DNA from: an uncultured Gemmatimonadaceae bacterium
GTDB taxonomy: Bacteria > Gemmatimonadota > Gemmatimonadetes > Gemmatimonadales > Gemmatimonadaceae
Direction of reading: 5' to 3'
Assembly: GCA_963781585.1 (NCBI GenBank)
Contig: CAWAGQ010000007.1
Coordinates: 386,253-450,252, forward strand
DNA: 64,000 nucleotides
The position numbers and the translations under genes are program-made. The notes beneath the pieces were generated by a model. That model worked only from the letters and a program-made list of their open reading frames with translations, was not told the origin of the DNA and did no database searches. Every line of letters starts with the position of its first letter. Positions within the stretch are counted from its first letter, which is position 1. Of the stretch, positions 29,442 through 37,420 are shown in pieces.

Positions 29442-30626
29442 TCAGAAGATCGCGATCGGCACCGAAACGCCGCTCGCGAACTTGTTGCTCTTCAGTCCCG
29501 AGAGCTTGCCGGCGTTGAAGGTGACGATGCCGTAATGCTCGTCGCTGATCCGGTTGGCGGTGATCACCGTGTGGGGGATCGGAATCACCGCGCTGAACAC
29601 GCTGATGGCCGTGGGCGCGTCGTCGACCGGATTGTCGTCGTCGATTCCGTTGCCGGACAGCGTGTTGTTGGTGAGGACGTTCTGATCCACGTACTGCGCC
29701 GGCGTGTGGCTGTGGATCATCAGGCCGGCGAAGCCGTTGTTCATCGCGGTGTTGCCGGAGACCGTGTTCCCCCACGCTGCCGCGCCCGGCGGCCCGGCGA
29801 AGACGCCGATCCCGGCGGCGCCGTTGCCGTTCGAGGTATTGTGCAGAATGGTGTTGCGATACACACCCGCCACGTCGGGTGACGCGGCTGCCACCGGGTC
29901 GAACCAGTGGGACGCGAGCGTGATGCCGCAATCCAGCGTGTTGTCGAGCACCGTGTTGTCGCTGATCATGTTCCCGAAGGTCGGACCATCCTCGTCCGTC
30001 AGCAGGATGCCGCCGATGTTGTTCTGGACCAGATTGCCGCGAACGGTCGAGTGGGTGACACTCTGCAGGTGGATCGCCTCGCCGCAGTCGTCCGGCTGCG
30101 CCGCGCACAGCGGATTGAACGGACCATAGGTGTCATTGGCGACCACCGAGTTGTCCTCGATCGTGATGCGCGTCGTCTGCACGACGAAGATGCCTTCGAG
30201 CCCAGCGTTGGTGACGGTGAATCCCGTGACGATCGTGCCCGCGGCGTCGGGTCCCGAAATCACTATCCCGTTCGGAGGCGACGACTGACCGGACGCATCG
30301 ATCGTCGCGTCATGACCCACGAGCCTCAGCCGTTTGCTGATGCTGACGGACTCCAGGTACGTCCCTGACGCGACCGAGACCACATCGCCCGCGCCCGCCT
30401 GACTGACGGCGTAATTGATCGTCTGGCATGGCGTCGCACTGCAGTCGCCGGCATCCGTTCCCGTGGGGGACACGGTCCGGTCGGGCGTCCCCAGCCGTTG
30501 GAGCGCTGCCACATCGGGCGCGAGTGGGGATGGCACCGAATCGGTGCATGCGGCCGCAAAGGCCACCAGAACAAGTAGAGTGGGGAAAACTGATGAGGAC
30601 GGCGCACTTCGCCGTGGACCGGACAT
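29442..30626 (-). CDS. Right-handed parallel beta-helix repeat lipoprotein
   Basis: ATG at 30626 with GGAGGA upstream. The lipobox is LVLVAFAAAC. It has repeated ..N.I.GN.. beta-helix turns (VTNAGLEGIFV, VRGNLVQNNIGGILL, ISDNTVLDNT, VSGNTAMNNGFAGLMI). Confidence 0.75.
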   Translation of the reverse strand: MSGPRRSAPSSSVFPTLLVLVAFAAACTDSVPSPLAPDVAALQRLGTPDRTVSPTGTDAGDCSATPCQTINYAVSQAGAGDVVSVASGTYLESVSISKRLRLVGHDATIDASGQSSPPNGIVISGPDAAGTIVTGFTVTNAGLEGIFVVQTTRITIEDNSVVANDTYGPFNPLCAAQPDDCGEAIHLQSVTHSTVRGNLVQNNIGGILLTDEDGPTFGNMISDNTVLDNTLDCGITLASHWFDPVAAASPDVAGVYRNTILHNTSNGNGAAGIGVFAGPPGAAAWGNTVSGNTAMNNGFAGLMIHSHTPAQYVDQNVLTNNTLSGNGIDDDNPVDDAPTAISVFSAVIPIPHTVITANRISDEHYGIVTFNAGKLSGLKSNKFASGVSVPIAIF

Positions 30627-30720
30627 GACTTCCTCCTTGTGGGAGACTGAAAGGTCCCGGGGGAACAGCACATGTAGCGTGTGTTGATGTCCACCACAAG
30701 AGCGGTACAGCGCGGAGTGA

Positions 30721-30860
30721 GTGAAGGAGGCCGTGTTGCGCACGGGAATCGTCAAGCGCGTAAGCTGTCACACCGTTCGGCACGCTTTCGCGACGCAGCT
30801 TCTGGAGAACGGGCACGACATCCGGACCGTGCAGAGGAGCTGTTGGGGCACGCGGACCTG
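30721..30860 (+). pseudogene. C-terminal remnant of a tyrosine recombinase, IntI-like box II region, frameshifted
   Basis: The frame reads [37 protein letters not shown]. After 2 extra nt (AG, 30835-30836) it continues as ELLGHADL in another frame. The H-x-x-R-H..F.A....G.DIRTVQELLGH pattern is the conserved box II. The first 250 or so codons and the catalytic Tyr region are missing. Confidence 0.7.
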
Positions 30861-31309
30861 GCGCCCGCGGTCGCCGCGGCGCCGCGCGGTGCCGCGCGGT
30901 GCCGCAGGACGAGGGAGTGGCACGCCGATCGAGGCGACTGGTCGGGCGGCCTCGCCGGGGACGTGTCGCTCGTCCGGAGTACTGGTGACGGGGCCCGGAC
31001 GGGAGTAACGTCTGGTGTCGGTACGCGCGCGCCGGAGGGGTTGCCGATTGGCCTTGGGCATTCGCGTTGTGTCTTCGCAGCGACTGATCGCCGAGGGCAT
31101 TGCCAGTCGCGAGCTGGTTGAGGCGACGGACGCGACTTCCGCTGGGTAGTGTGGGATTGGCTCGAACGCCACTATGGGTTTGGACCGTTCCCGTCCAGCG
31201 CAATCCTGGTGGTTGTTCCCAAATTGCCAGCTCGGCCGCTCCGACTCATTCCGGTGGCGGTCGAGTGTGCGTTAGCGAGACTGGCAGGTATTGCTTTCAG
31301 GGCGGCTGC

Positions 31310-31326
31310 GTCATACGTTGTCATAC
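31310..31326 (+). promoter_or_regulatory. Direct repeat GTCATAC-N3-GTCATAC abutting the vapB start codon (candidate RHH operator)
   Basis: GTCATAC occurs at 31310-31316 and at 31320-31326, with the ATG at 31327. The 10-bp phasing is typical of ribbon-helix-helix operators. Confidence 0.3.
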
Positions 31327-31545
31327 ATGAAAGATGCCGTCACGATTCGCTTGGATCGAGATCTCGCCCGCCGACTGGCCCGCGTCAGTAAACGCCTCGG
31401 CCGCACGCAAAGTGACGTGGTGCGCGACGCCCTCCGCCGGCAGCTCGCGCTCCTGCAGTTCGAGGACCTGCGTCGCCGCGTCGCGCCCTTTGCGGAAGCG
31501 GCGGGATACCTTACCGACGAGGACGTATTCCGCGACGTGTCGTGA
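31327..31545 (+). CDS. vapB: Ribbon-helix-helix (CopG/VapB-type) antitoxin
   Basis: MKDAVTIRLDRDLARRLARVSKRLGRTQSDVVRDALRRQL is a classic RHH N-terminus. A 4-nt overlap (GTGA) joins it to the PIN gene. Confidence 0.75.
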   Translation: MKDAVTIRLDRDLARRLARVSKRLGRTQSDVVRDALRRQLALLQFEDLRRRVAPFAEAAGYLTDEDVFRDVS

Positions 31546-31949
31546 GGGTGCTCCTCGATACCAACGTCCTTGCCAGTGCGATTGCGACCCGAGGCCTCTG
31601 CGCGGACCTCTTTCGGCTGGTTGTCGCCGAGCACGAGTTCGTTGTTGGCGAGGTGGTGCTCGATGAGCTGGGTCGCGTGTTGCGAAGGAAGTTTCGCCTG
31701 CCCACGGAGCGCATCGCGGAAGTTGAAGACTTTCTTCGGCAACATGAGGTCGCCGCGCGCCCCGACGCGCCCGATCCGGTCTCCGTGCGCGATGCAGACG
31801 ACCAATGGATCCTGGCCACTGCCCGCGCCGCGCACGTGAATGCACTAATCACGGGCGATGACGATCTCCTCGCCGTTGCTGGGCCATTGCCCTTTCGGAT
31901 TCTGTCGCCGCGGGCGTTTTGGGATGAGCTTCGAAGCGACGCTCGCTAA
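31542..31949 (+). CDS. vapC: PIN-domain toxin
   Basis: The N-terminus is VLLDTNVLASAI (first acidic residue), followed by ..DELGRVL.., DADDQWILATA and LITGDDDLL. The four acidic positions of a PIN fold are present. Confidence 0.85.
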   Translation: MRVLLDTNVLASAIATRGLCADLFRLVVAEHEFVVGEVVLDELGRVLRRKFRLPTERIAEVEDFLRQHEVAARPDAPDPVSVRDADDQWILATARAAHVNALITGDDDLLAVAGPLPFRILSPRAFWDELRSDAR

Positions 31950-32051
31950 CGGAGCAATGAACCTGTCAGCCGACGCTGCGGACGGCGCCGGCGCGCTGCG
32001 CGCGCTGGCGCTTTGTTGTGATTCGGCTGCAGGTTATTGCTGGCGTTGGAC
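31944..32051 (+). other. attC-like recombination site (108 bp imperfect palindrome)
   Basis: The 5' box CGCTAAC (31944-31950) overlaps the vapC stop codon. The stem pairs AGCAAT[G]AACCTG[T]CAGCCG (31953-31972) with CGGCTGCAGGTTATTGCT (32024-32041), 18 bp with two single-base bulges on the 5' arm. An internal loop is followed by an apical 12-bp GC stem (about 31985-32011). The 3' box GTTGGAC (32045-32051) fits GTTRRRY. Confidence 0.45.
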
Positions 32052-32086
32052 GCAGATTCAACCTTCCTTCGCCAATCGGACTTGGA

Positions 32087-32656
32087 ATGACGCAAGGTGA
32101 AGCCAAGTGGGCAGACCAGTTCCATCACATCGCAGCCGCGACAGACCAAGGTATGCATGCGCTGCAGGACGTCACCAGCTGGATCTCGCGCTACGTCGTG
32201 GCAGACGATGTCCTACCGCGCGTGGATCCACCGCGGCAGATCGCACCGGCGATTGAGGCGGTCCGCACGGCCTTCGAGGAGATTCGGCGCGCCCGCTCTG
32301 ATGCCTTCGAGCGATTTGTTGCAGCACCCCTTGACAGGCTCGTTCGCGGCTTCGAGCTAACAGCGGAGCAGTATTATTTGCTCAGTGCCATGGGCGCCAT
32401 TCGCGGCACTGCGAAGGACCTCGGCCTTTCACCCGTTGACGATTTCGAGGCTTTCGCTCTCCTTCATTACGACGACGATGAGTGGGAAGGCTACATCAAT
32501 CCTTCGCTGGAACCGCGTGATCTAGGTAGCGGCAAGGCAGGCTTTCGGTTTGGCCGATCGCCCGAAGAGGTGCCACGCGCACGACTCCGCCCGGAGCAAT
32601 CGGAGTTCTTCAGGCAATACCTTCCCGAAGTCTTCAGCAGATTTCGTGAAGATTGA
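32087..32656 (+). CDS. Hypothetical protein (acidic, no recognisable domain)
   Basis: Start chosen at MTQGEAKW, 36 nt after the GTTGGAC box. GC content looks locally lower than the flanks. No motif was recognised. Confidence 0.5.
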   Translation: MTQGEAKWADQFHHIAAATDQGMHALQDVTSWISRYVVADDVLPRVDPPRQIAPAIEAVRTAFEEIRRARSDAFERFVAAPLDRLVRGFELTAEQYYLLSAMGAIRGTAKDLGLSPVDDFEAFALLHYDDDEWEGYINPSLEPRDLGSGKAGFRFGRSPEEVPRARLRPEQSEFFRQYLPEVFSRFRED

Positions 32657-32899
32657 CTCCGGGGCACTGGCGTCTAAGGATGGTTTGCAGCAGACAGCGG
32701 GACCTGCGGAGCGCGCGGCGGGGGCTGCGCTCCCGCCGCACGACTGCTATGAGATCTCCGCTGCAGCTGAAACCAGTAGCCGTACACCTTTGTCCTTTCA
32801 CGAGCCCCCATAGCAAACCAGCCAACGAAATGCTTGGGGCCTCAGGGATGCAGGCGGTCATCGCTTGCTCGAAGCTGATCTCCGGGCCAGATTCCCATC

Positions 32900-33163
32900 A
32901 TGGTCCGTCCTGCGGTCAACATCGACCAACTTACCGCCGAAGAGCGCTTCGAACTCATCGAGCGCCTCTGGGACTCGCTTCGCGTGCGGCCCGGCGGCTT
33001 TCCCCTGGCGCCCGCCGAGCGAGAGATCATCGAGGCCCGTCGAGCGGCGCACCGCCATGACCCGTCGACTGCCGTCGACTGGGAGAGCGTCCAGTCAGAG
33101 CTCGCGGTGGATCAGGACGCGGACGATCAGGCCGACCCGGGCCACGCGCGCCGACGGAGCTGA
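32900..33163 (+). CDS. Putative addiction-module antitoxin (TIGR02574-like)
   Basis: LTAEERFELIERLWDSL....PL..AEREIIEARRAAHRHDP is the typical motif of the small addiction-module component paired with ParE/RelE toxins. Confidence 0.75.
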   Translation: MVRPAVNIDQLTAEERFELIERLWDSLRVRPGGFPLAPAEREIIEARRAAHRHDPSTAVDWESVQSELAVDQDADDQADPGHARRRS

Positions 33164-33169
33164 CCCGCC

Positions 33170-33475
33170 GTGCGCGTTCGGTTTCGGCCGGAGGCGCGCA
33201 CGGAGATCCGAGAGGCACGCCGGTGGTATGAGAGTCAGGTCCAGGGCCTCGGCCGCGCGTTCCTCGGGGAACTTGAGGCGACGATCACGGTGATGCGCAT
33301 CTTTCCGCAGATGCACCGCGCGCTGACCGACGAGGGGAAAGTCCGGCGCGCACTTCTTCGCCGGTTTCCTTACAGCCTTGTTTACGAGATTTTCGACAAC
33401 GAGATCATAGTTCTCGCGTGTCGGCACATGCACCAGGAGGATGTCGACTGGAGCATCGAGCGCCGTGACGGCTAG
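33170..33475 (+). CDS. ParE/RelE-family toxin
   Basis: GTG start 6 nt after the antitoxin stop. The sequence is RFRPEARTEIREARRWYESQ..GLGRAFLGELEATI..I..FP.....RRALLRRFPYSLVYEI.DNEIIVLAC.H, the plasmid-stabilisation toxin pattern. Confidence 0.8.
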   Translation: MRVRFRPEARTEIREARRWYESQVQGLGRAFLGELEATITVMRIFPQMHRALTDEGKVRRALLRRFPYSLVYEIFDNEIIVLACRHMHQEDVDWSIERRDG

Positions 33476-33482
33476 CGACGGA

Positions 33483-34208
33483 ATGGAGCTGGCAGCGCTT
33501 GGTGGCGGAAGCGGCGTGCTCGCGGTGCTCGCCCGCCGCCATTATGATGACGCGCTGCAGATCATGACAACTGCTGATGATCCGTTGGCCGGTCGGTCCC
33601 GAACCAGTCACGAGCGACTGGCAGGTCGGCCCTGGGACGCATCGTACCAGGACGGGCCCCCGCCTTGGGACATCGGCGAGCCGCAGCCAGCAGTAGTGCG
33701 GTTGGCATCCAAAGGCCGATTTGCCGGGGCAGTACTCGATGCGGGCTGCGGAACTGGCGAGAACGCTCTTTACCTCGCTTCCCTGGGAGTGAATGTCCTT
33801 GGTGTTGACGTGGCTGAAACGGCCCTGGCCATCGCCCGACAGAAAGCCAGCGACCGAGGAGTCGAGATGGAGTTTCTGCCGGCTGACGCGCTACACCTGG
33901 CAGACTTGGGGCGCATGTTTGAGACGGTACTGGACTGCGGACTATTCCACACCTTCGACGCCGACGAGCGGACGCACTACGTGGCGAGCCTGGCTTCTGT
34001 GACCAAGCACGGTGGATCTCTATATCTGTTGTGCTTCAGGGACGAGGGTCCGGATGCCGGCCCGCACCCGATCAGTCGGCAGGAGTTGAGAGCTGCGTTC
34101 AACCCCAGCCATGAATGGGAGATAGCTGCCGTCGAATCGGATCGGCTTCGGACGCGCATTCACGCCGACGGGGCACCGGCTTGGCTCACCACCATCAAGC
34201 GAACGTAG
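33483..34208 (+). CDS. Class I SAM-dependent methyltransferase
   Basis: Motif I is VLDAGCGTGENALYLASLG, with post-I VLGVDVAE and later ..FETVLDCGLFH. The start is uncertain: ATG 33483, ATG 33564 or TTG 33585 are all in frame. Confidence 0.8.
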   Translation: MELAALGGGSGVLAVLARRHYDDALQIMTTADDPLAGRSRTSHERLAGRPWDASYQDGPPPWDIGEPQPAVVRLASKGRFAGAVLDAGCGTGENALYLASLGVNVLGVDVAETALAIARQKASDRGVEMEFLPADALHLADLGRMFETVLDCGLFHTFDADERTHYVASLASVTKHGGSLYLLCFRDEGPDAGPHPISRQELRAAFNPSHEWEIAAVESDRLRTRIHADGAPAWLTTIKRT

Positions 34209-34297
34209 ACTCCGAAACGGGCAAGTTCACAGAGTGCCCCGTGCGGTCAGTGTGTGGTGCATCGGTGGCAACGGCGGCCTCGGCCGCCTAACGTTGT

Positions 34298-34993
34298 ATG
34301 CACCAGACGGTCGGGGCTTCGGATTGGCTGCGGCTGCGCCGCCGACTTTCATTTGATCCGCCGCAGGTGATGCTTGGCGATGGGTCCGCCATAGTGGCAC
34401 AAATGTATTGGCGCCGCCAGGAGCTGCCCGCGGCGGAAGTGGGGGAGATCGACGAGACGCAGCTCCCGCCGGGCGCCTACGCTGTCGCGGCGGAGCTGCG
34501 CGATGCCGACTTCGCCGCAATTGAACAAGACGGCTATGCTACCCGACTTCATCCGTCTGTGGGTACCACACCAGAGTACGGCGGACTTTACTTCTACTGG
34601 AGCTATCCGCCGCTCCATCGCGATTTGAGCGAGCATTTCCTGCAAACCAGTTTTGCCAACAAGCACACCTTCGGATTGTCTCGCCAGCCCGATGGCTCTT
34701 TTGCTCTGTCCTTCTGTGGTCGAAACCACGCGCGCCCGTACCTTGAAGGAACACTCTCGATAGCAGTCGATACGTCACTGGTGAGCGCTCAGTGGACATT
34801 CATCACTCCGCGGCCTGCTGAGAGTGCGGGGGGAGAAGTGACCTTCCTCGCTCCTGGCCAAACGCTTCTGCCGTGGTCTCTTGTGCCGCTTCGCAGCGCG
34901 TTCTGGCGCCGGATTGGAGGCTCGCGCACCTTGTACTTCCAGGAATCGTCAGTGTATCGCGAATGGCGAGTCGGCCCAGGCATTTGGCCATAG
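34298..34993 (+). CDS. Hypothetical protein
   Basis: 231-aa ORF with no recognisable domain. The annotated ATG sits inside an 82-nt palindrome (34236-34317), so the true start may be downstream (for example the Met at 34370). Confidence 0.45.
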   Translation: MHQTVGASDWLRLRRRLSFDPPQVMLGDGSAIVAQMYWRRQELPAAEVGEIDETQLPPGAYAVAAELRDADFAAIEQDGYATRLHPSVGTTPEYGGLYFYWSYPPLHRDLSEHFLQTSFANKHTFGLSRQPDGSFALSFCGRNHARPYLEGTLSIAVDTSLVSAQWTFITPRPAESAGGEVTFLAPGQTLLPWSLVPLRSAFWRRIGGSRTLYFQESSVYREWRVGPGIWP

Positions 34994-35109
34994 GGGATCT
35001 CCGAGCTGAACGGCCGGAGAAATCGCTGACGAAAATAGTCCAGGCACATCGCTAACACTGCCACACTAGGGCACCGAGGAGGTGCCCGATGCCAAGATGC
35101 GCGGGTGTG

Positions 35110-36330
35110 CTACGGTCGCGCGCGCCGGAAGAGCGCGAGGTCGACAGCCTCCGCCATCGCCCGGTATCCAGCGTCGCTCGGGTGAAGGTGGTCCCCCGAA
35201 TCGAATGCAGCGAGGAAGCGGTCCGGCTGCGCGGGATCGCGAGTCGCGGCATCGAAGTCGATCACGCCGTCGAACATCCCGCTGGTGCGAATCCACTCGT
35301 TCACCGCGCGCCGCTTCAGGTCCACGGCCGCGACCGTGGGACGGTTCATGCCTCCGATGGGCGTGAGCGTCGCGCCATAGATACGGAGTCCCCGCTCGTG
35401 CGCCCTGGCGATGAGCTGCTCGTAACCGAACACAATGTCGTCGGCACTCACCGAGTCGCGGGGATCGGGGGTTCCCGTTCCGCGAAAGAGATCGTTGATG
35501 CCCTCGAGCACCACGACGTGGGTCACGCCCGGTTGCATGAGTACGTCGCGATCGAATCGGGCCAGCGCGCTGGGCCCGGTCCCGGGCGCGAGCACGCGAT
35601 TGCCGCCGATGCCGGCGTTGACCACCGCCTTGGGTGGTTCGGTCGACGCCAGAAGACGACGCGCCAGCGCGTTGGGCCAGCGGCTGTTGGCATCCACGGT
35701 TGAGCCGGTCCCGTCGGTGATCGAGTTGCCGAAGGCGACGACGACTCCGGTTGCGGCGGGGTTAGTGACGTCGACACCCGCCAGCCAGAGCCACTGCCGG
35801 ATGGTGGTGTCAGGCGTGAGGCTGGCCGCGGAAGTGAAATCCCCGTGTGCGGAGAGATAGTTCGTCTGGTAGGCGCCCGCATGGCGTGTGGTCGCACGGA
35901 TCGTGTCCTTCAACCAGAGGCTCACCGCCAGATCGCTCACCGGGGACACGGTCAGGCGCACCGGATCGCTTGTCACGACGGCGCCCGGACCCAGCGTCAC
36001 GGTAGCGCGTCCACCGAAGGTGATCGCTCTATCGGTGGCTGCGCGGATCGCTGGCCCGGAGTCGCGCACCGCGATGTGCGCCGCGCCGATGACGAGCGCA
36101 CGCTCGCCGTTCTCATTGGTAAGCCGAATGCGCACGCTGTCGCCGCCGAGTGATGTGCGCACGATCTGGCGAATGGTGCGGTCGGCGTACGTCGGCACGC
36201 GATCGAGCGAGTCGCGCGGCGGTGCGGGCGGAGCGGCGAAGTACGACGGGGACCACGTTGCCAGCCAGTGCGCGGGCGGTTGCGCATGGAGCGGCGCAAC
36301 GGCGAAGGCGACGAGCAGGAGTTGGCGCAT
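35110..36330 (-). CDS. SGNH/GDSL-type hydrolase, secreted
   Basis: Signal peptide MRQLLLVAFAVAPLHAQ. SGNH blocks are present: VVAFGNSITDG, GIGGNRV, VVVLEGINDL and DHLHPSDAGY. Confidence 0.85.
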   Translation of the reverse strand: MRQLLLVAFAVAPLHAQPPAHWLATWSPSYFAAPPAPPRDSLDRVPTYADRTIRQIVRTSLGGDSVRIRLTNENGERALVIGAAHIAVRDSGPAIRAATDRAITFGGRATVTLGPGAVVTSDPVRLTVSPVSDLAVSLWLKDTIRATTRHAGAYQTNYLSAHGDFTSAASLTPDTTIRQWLWLAGVDVTNPAATGVVVAFGNSITDGTGSTVDANSRWPNALARRLLASTEPPKAVVNAGIGGNRVLAPGTGPSALARFDRDVLMQPGVTHVVVLEGINDLFRGTGTPDPRDSVSADDIVFGYEQLIARAHERGLRIYGATLTPIGGMNRPTVAAVDLKRRAVNEWIRTSGMFDGVIDFDAATRDPAQPDRFLAAFDSGDHLHPSDAGYRAMAEAVDLALFRRARP

Positions 36331-36615
36331 GCCAAACGAGGGTGAGAGCGGTCAAGCTTGGTGTGGCCTCAGCGCGGCGTCAACCGCCTGCGCGCATCGT
36401 GGCGGCTTGACCTGCCTGCTACGTCGGCACGGCGGAGCAGGAGGTGACTACCGGAAACATCGTCCCGTGAACCGGGTGCACAAGCACGCGGACCTGGACT
36501 TTCGGCGTTGACGAGCAGCCGAACTCCGGCGAATCTTGCTGGCGACATCCACAGAAATCGGCGGTCGATAGGGATCGGCGGCCGACGGAGCCGAGCCCAC
36601 AGCCAGGAGCCCGCC

Positions 36616-37044
36616 ATGCCAAGCCGCCGCGCTCGCGCGTTCGTCACGCATTCCAGTGCCCTTCTGTTATTGAGTCTGGCCGCCGCCTGCTCGTCGAAGG
36701 ATTCGTCGTCGCCGGGTGCGGATCCCTGGGTGGGAACGTGGCACGTCACCAGCTTCGTGATCACAGGCTTGGGCGATGTGATTGCCGGCGGGATGACCCT
36801 GACGGGCACCCTCAACAGCAATGGCACGTACTCGTTTGCCTACACGAATGACGTCATCGGCGCCTGCAGCAGCGGGACCAGCTGCACGCGCACCGGGAAC
36901 TACAGCCATTCTGGTAACACGCTCACCATCGACTCCGGTACGGCGGATGCCGTCACGTTCAACTACGCGATCTCGGGCTCGACGATGACGTGGACGGGAA
37001 CCATCGATGGGACCCCGGTGACGATCACGCTGGCCAAGGCCTGA
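36616..37044 (+). CDS. Small lipoprotein, function unknown
   Basis: An internal ATG at 36616 gives MPSRRARAFVTHSSALLLLSLAAAC (lipobox). The mature part is about 120 aa and Thr/Gly-rich. Confidence 0.6.
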   Translation: MPSRRARAFVTHSSALLLLSLAAACSSKDSSSPGADPWVGTWHVTSFVITGLGDVIAGGMTLTGTLNSNGTYSFAYTNDVIGACSSGTSCTRTGNYSHSGNTLTIDSGTADAVTFNYAISGSTMTWTGTIDGTPVTITLAKA

Positions 37045-37420
37045 CGCGCGTTCGGCGTCAAGTCGCCGAAGTTATCGAGCATCGGCAGGCGTTTGATCCG
37101 GGACGTCAGGTGGACTCGGAAGGCACGCCGCGTCGGGGTCCTCGGTGAAGACGTCGATGGCGGGTCGCAAGCTGCCCTTTCGGAACCGGATAAACCATCC
37201 CAGGTCCTCCCAGATACTGGGATGGGTCGACCACGTCTATCCGCATAACCTGAACCCGGGAACCCACGAGCCTTCGTCAGGATTCACCAGCATTCGCACG
37301 GCTACCCGCGCCTGACGGGTCGACGAGCTGGTAGCGTCGGCGCTACGCCATTGGCGGGATGACGCCCGTGCGGCTCGCGCGCCAGGAGGGCGCGCGCCGA
37401 ACCATTGACGGAGGCACGGT

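Larger units (their letters stand above)
31272..32051 (+). mobile_element. Integron-like gene cassette carrying vapBC, bounded by GTTAGCG (31271-31277) and an attC-like site
   Basis: See the attC feature. The cassette-internal box CGCTAAC (31944-31950) is the exact reverse complement of GTTAGCG located 50 nt upstream of vapB. This is expected if both derive from one circular cassette. Confidence 0.45.

Noticed and set aside
33494-33590. The palindrome GCAGCGC..GGTGGCGG....CCGCCGCC..GCGCTGC followed by GTTGGCC after the ParE gene, considered as an attC for the parDE unit.
   Set aside because: There is no AAC box near the stop codon. The arms are short with a large asymmetric bulge. The region is in frame with, and possibly part of, the methyltransferase gene. 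The evidence is too weak to report as a site.
35050-35087. A second CGCTAAC heptamer (35050-35056) followed by the hairpin GGGCACC-gagga-GGTGCCC, considered as another attC start.
   Set aside because: There is no GTTRRRY partner and no long palindrome. A 7-mer recurrence within 4 kb is not improbable. The 7-bp hairpin is better explained as a terminator shared with the convergent SGNH hydrolase gene.
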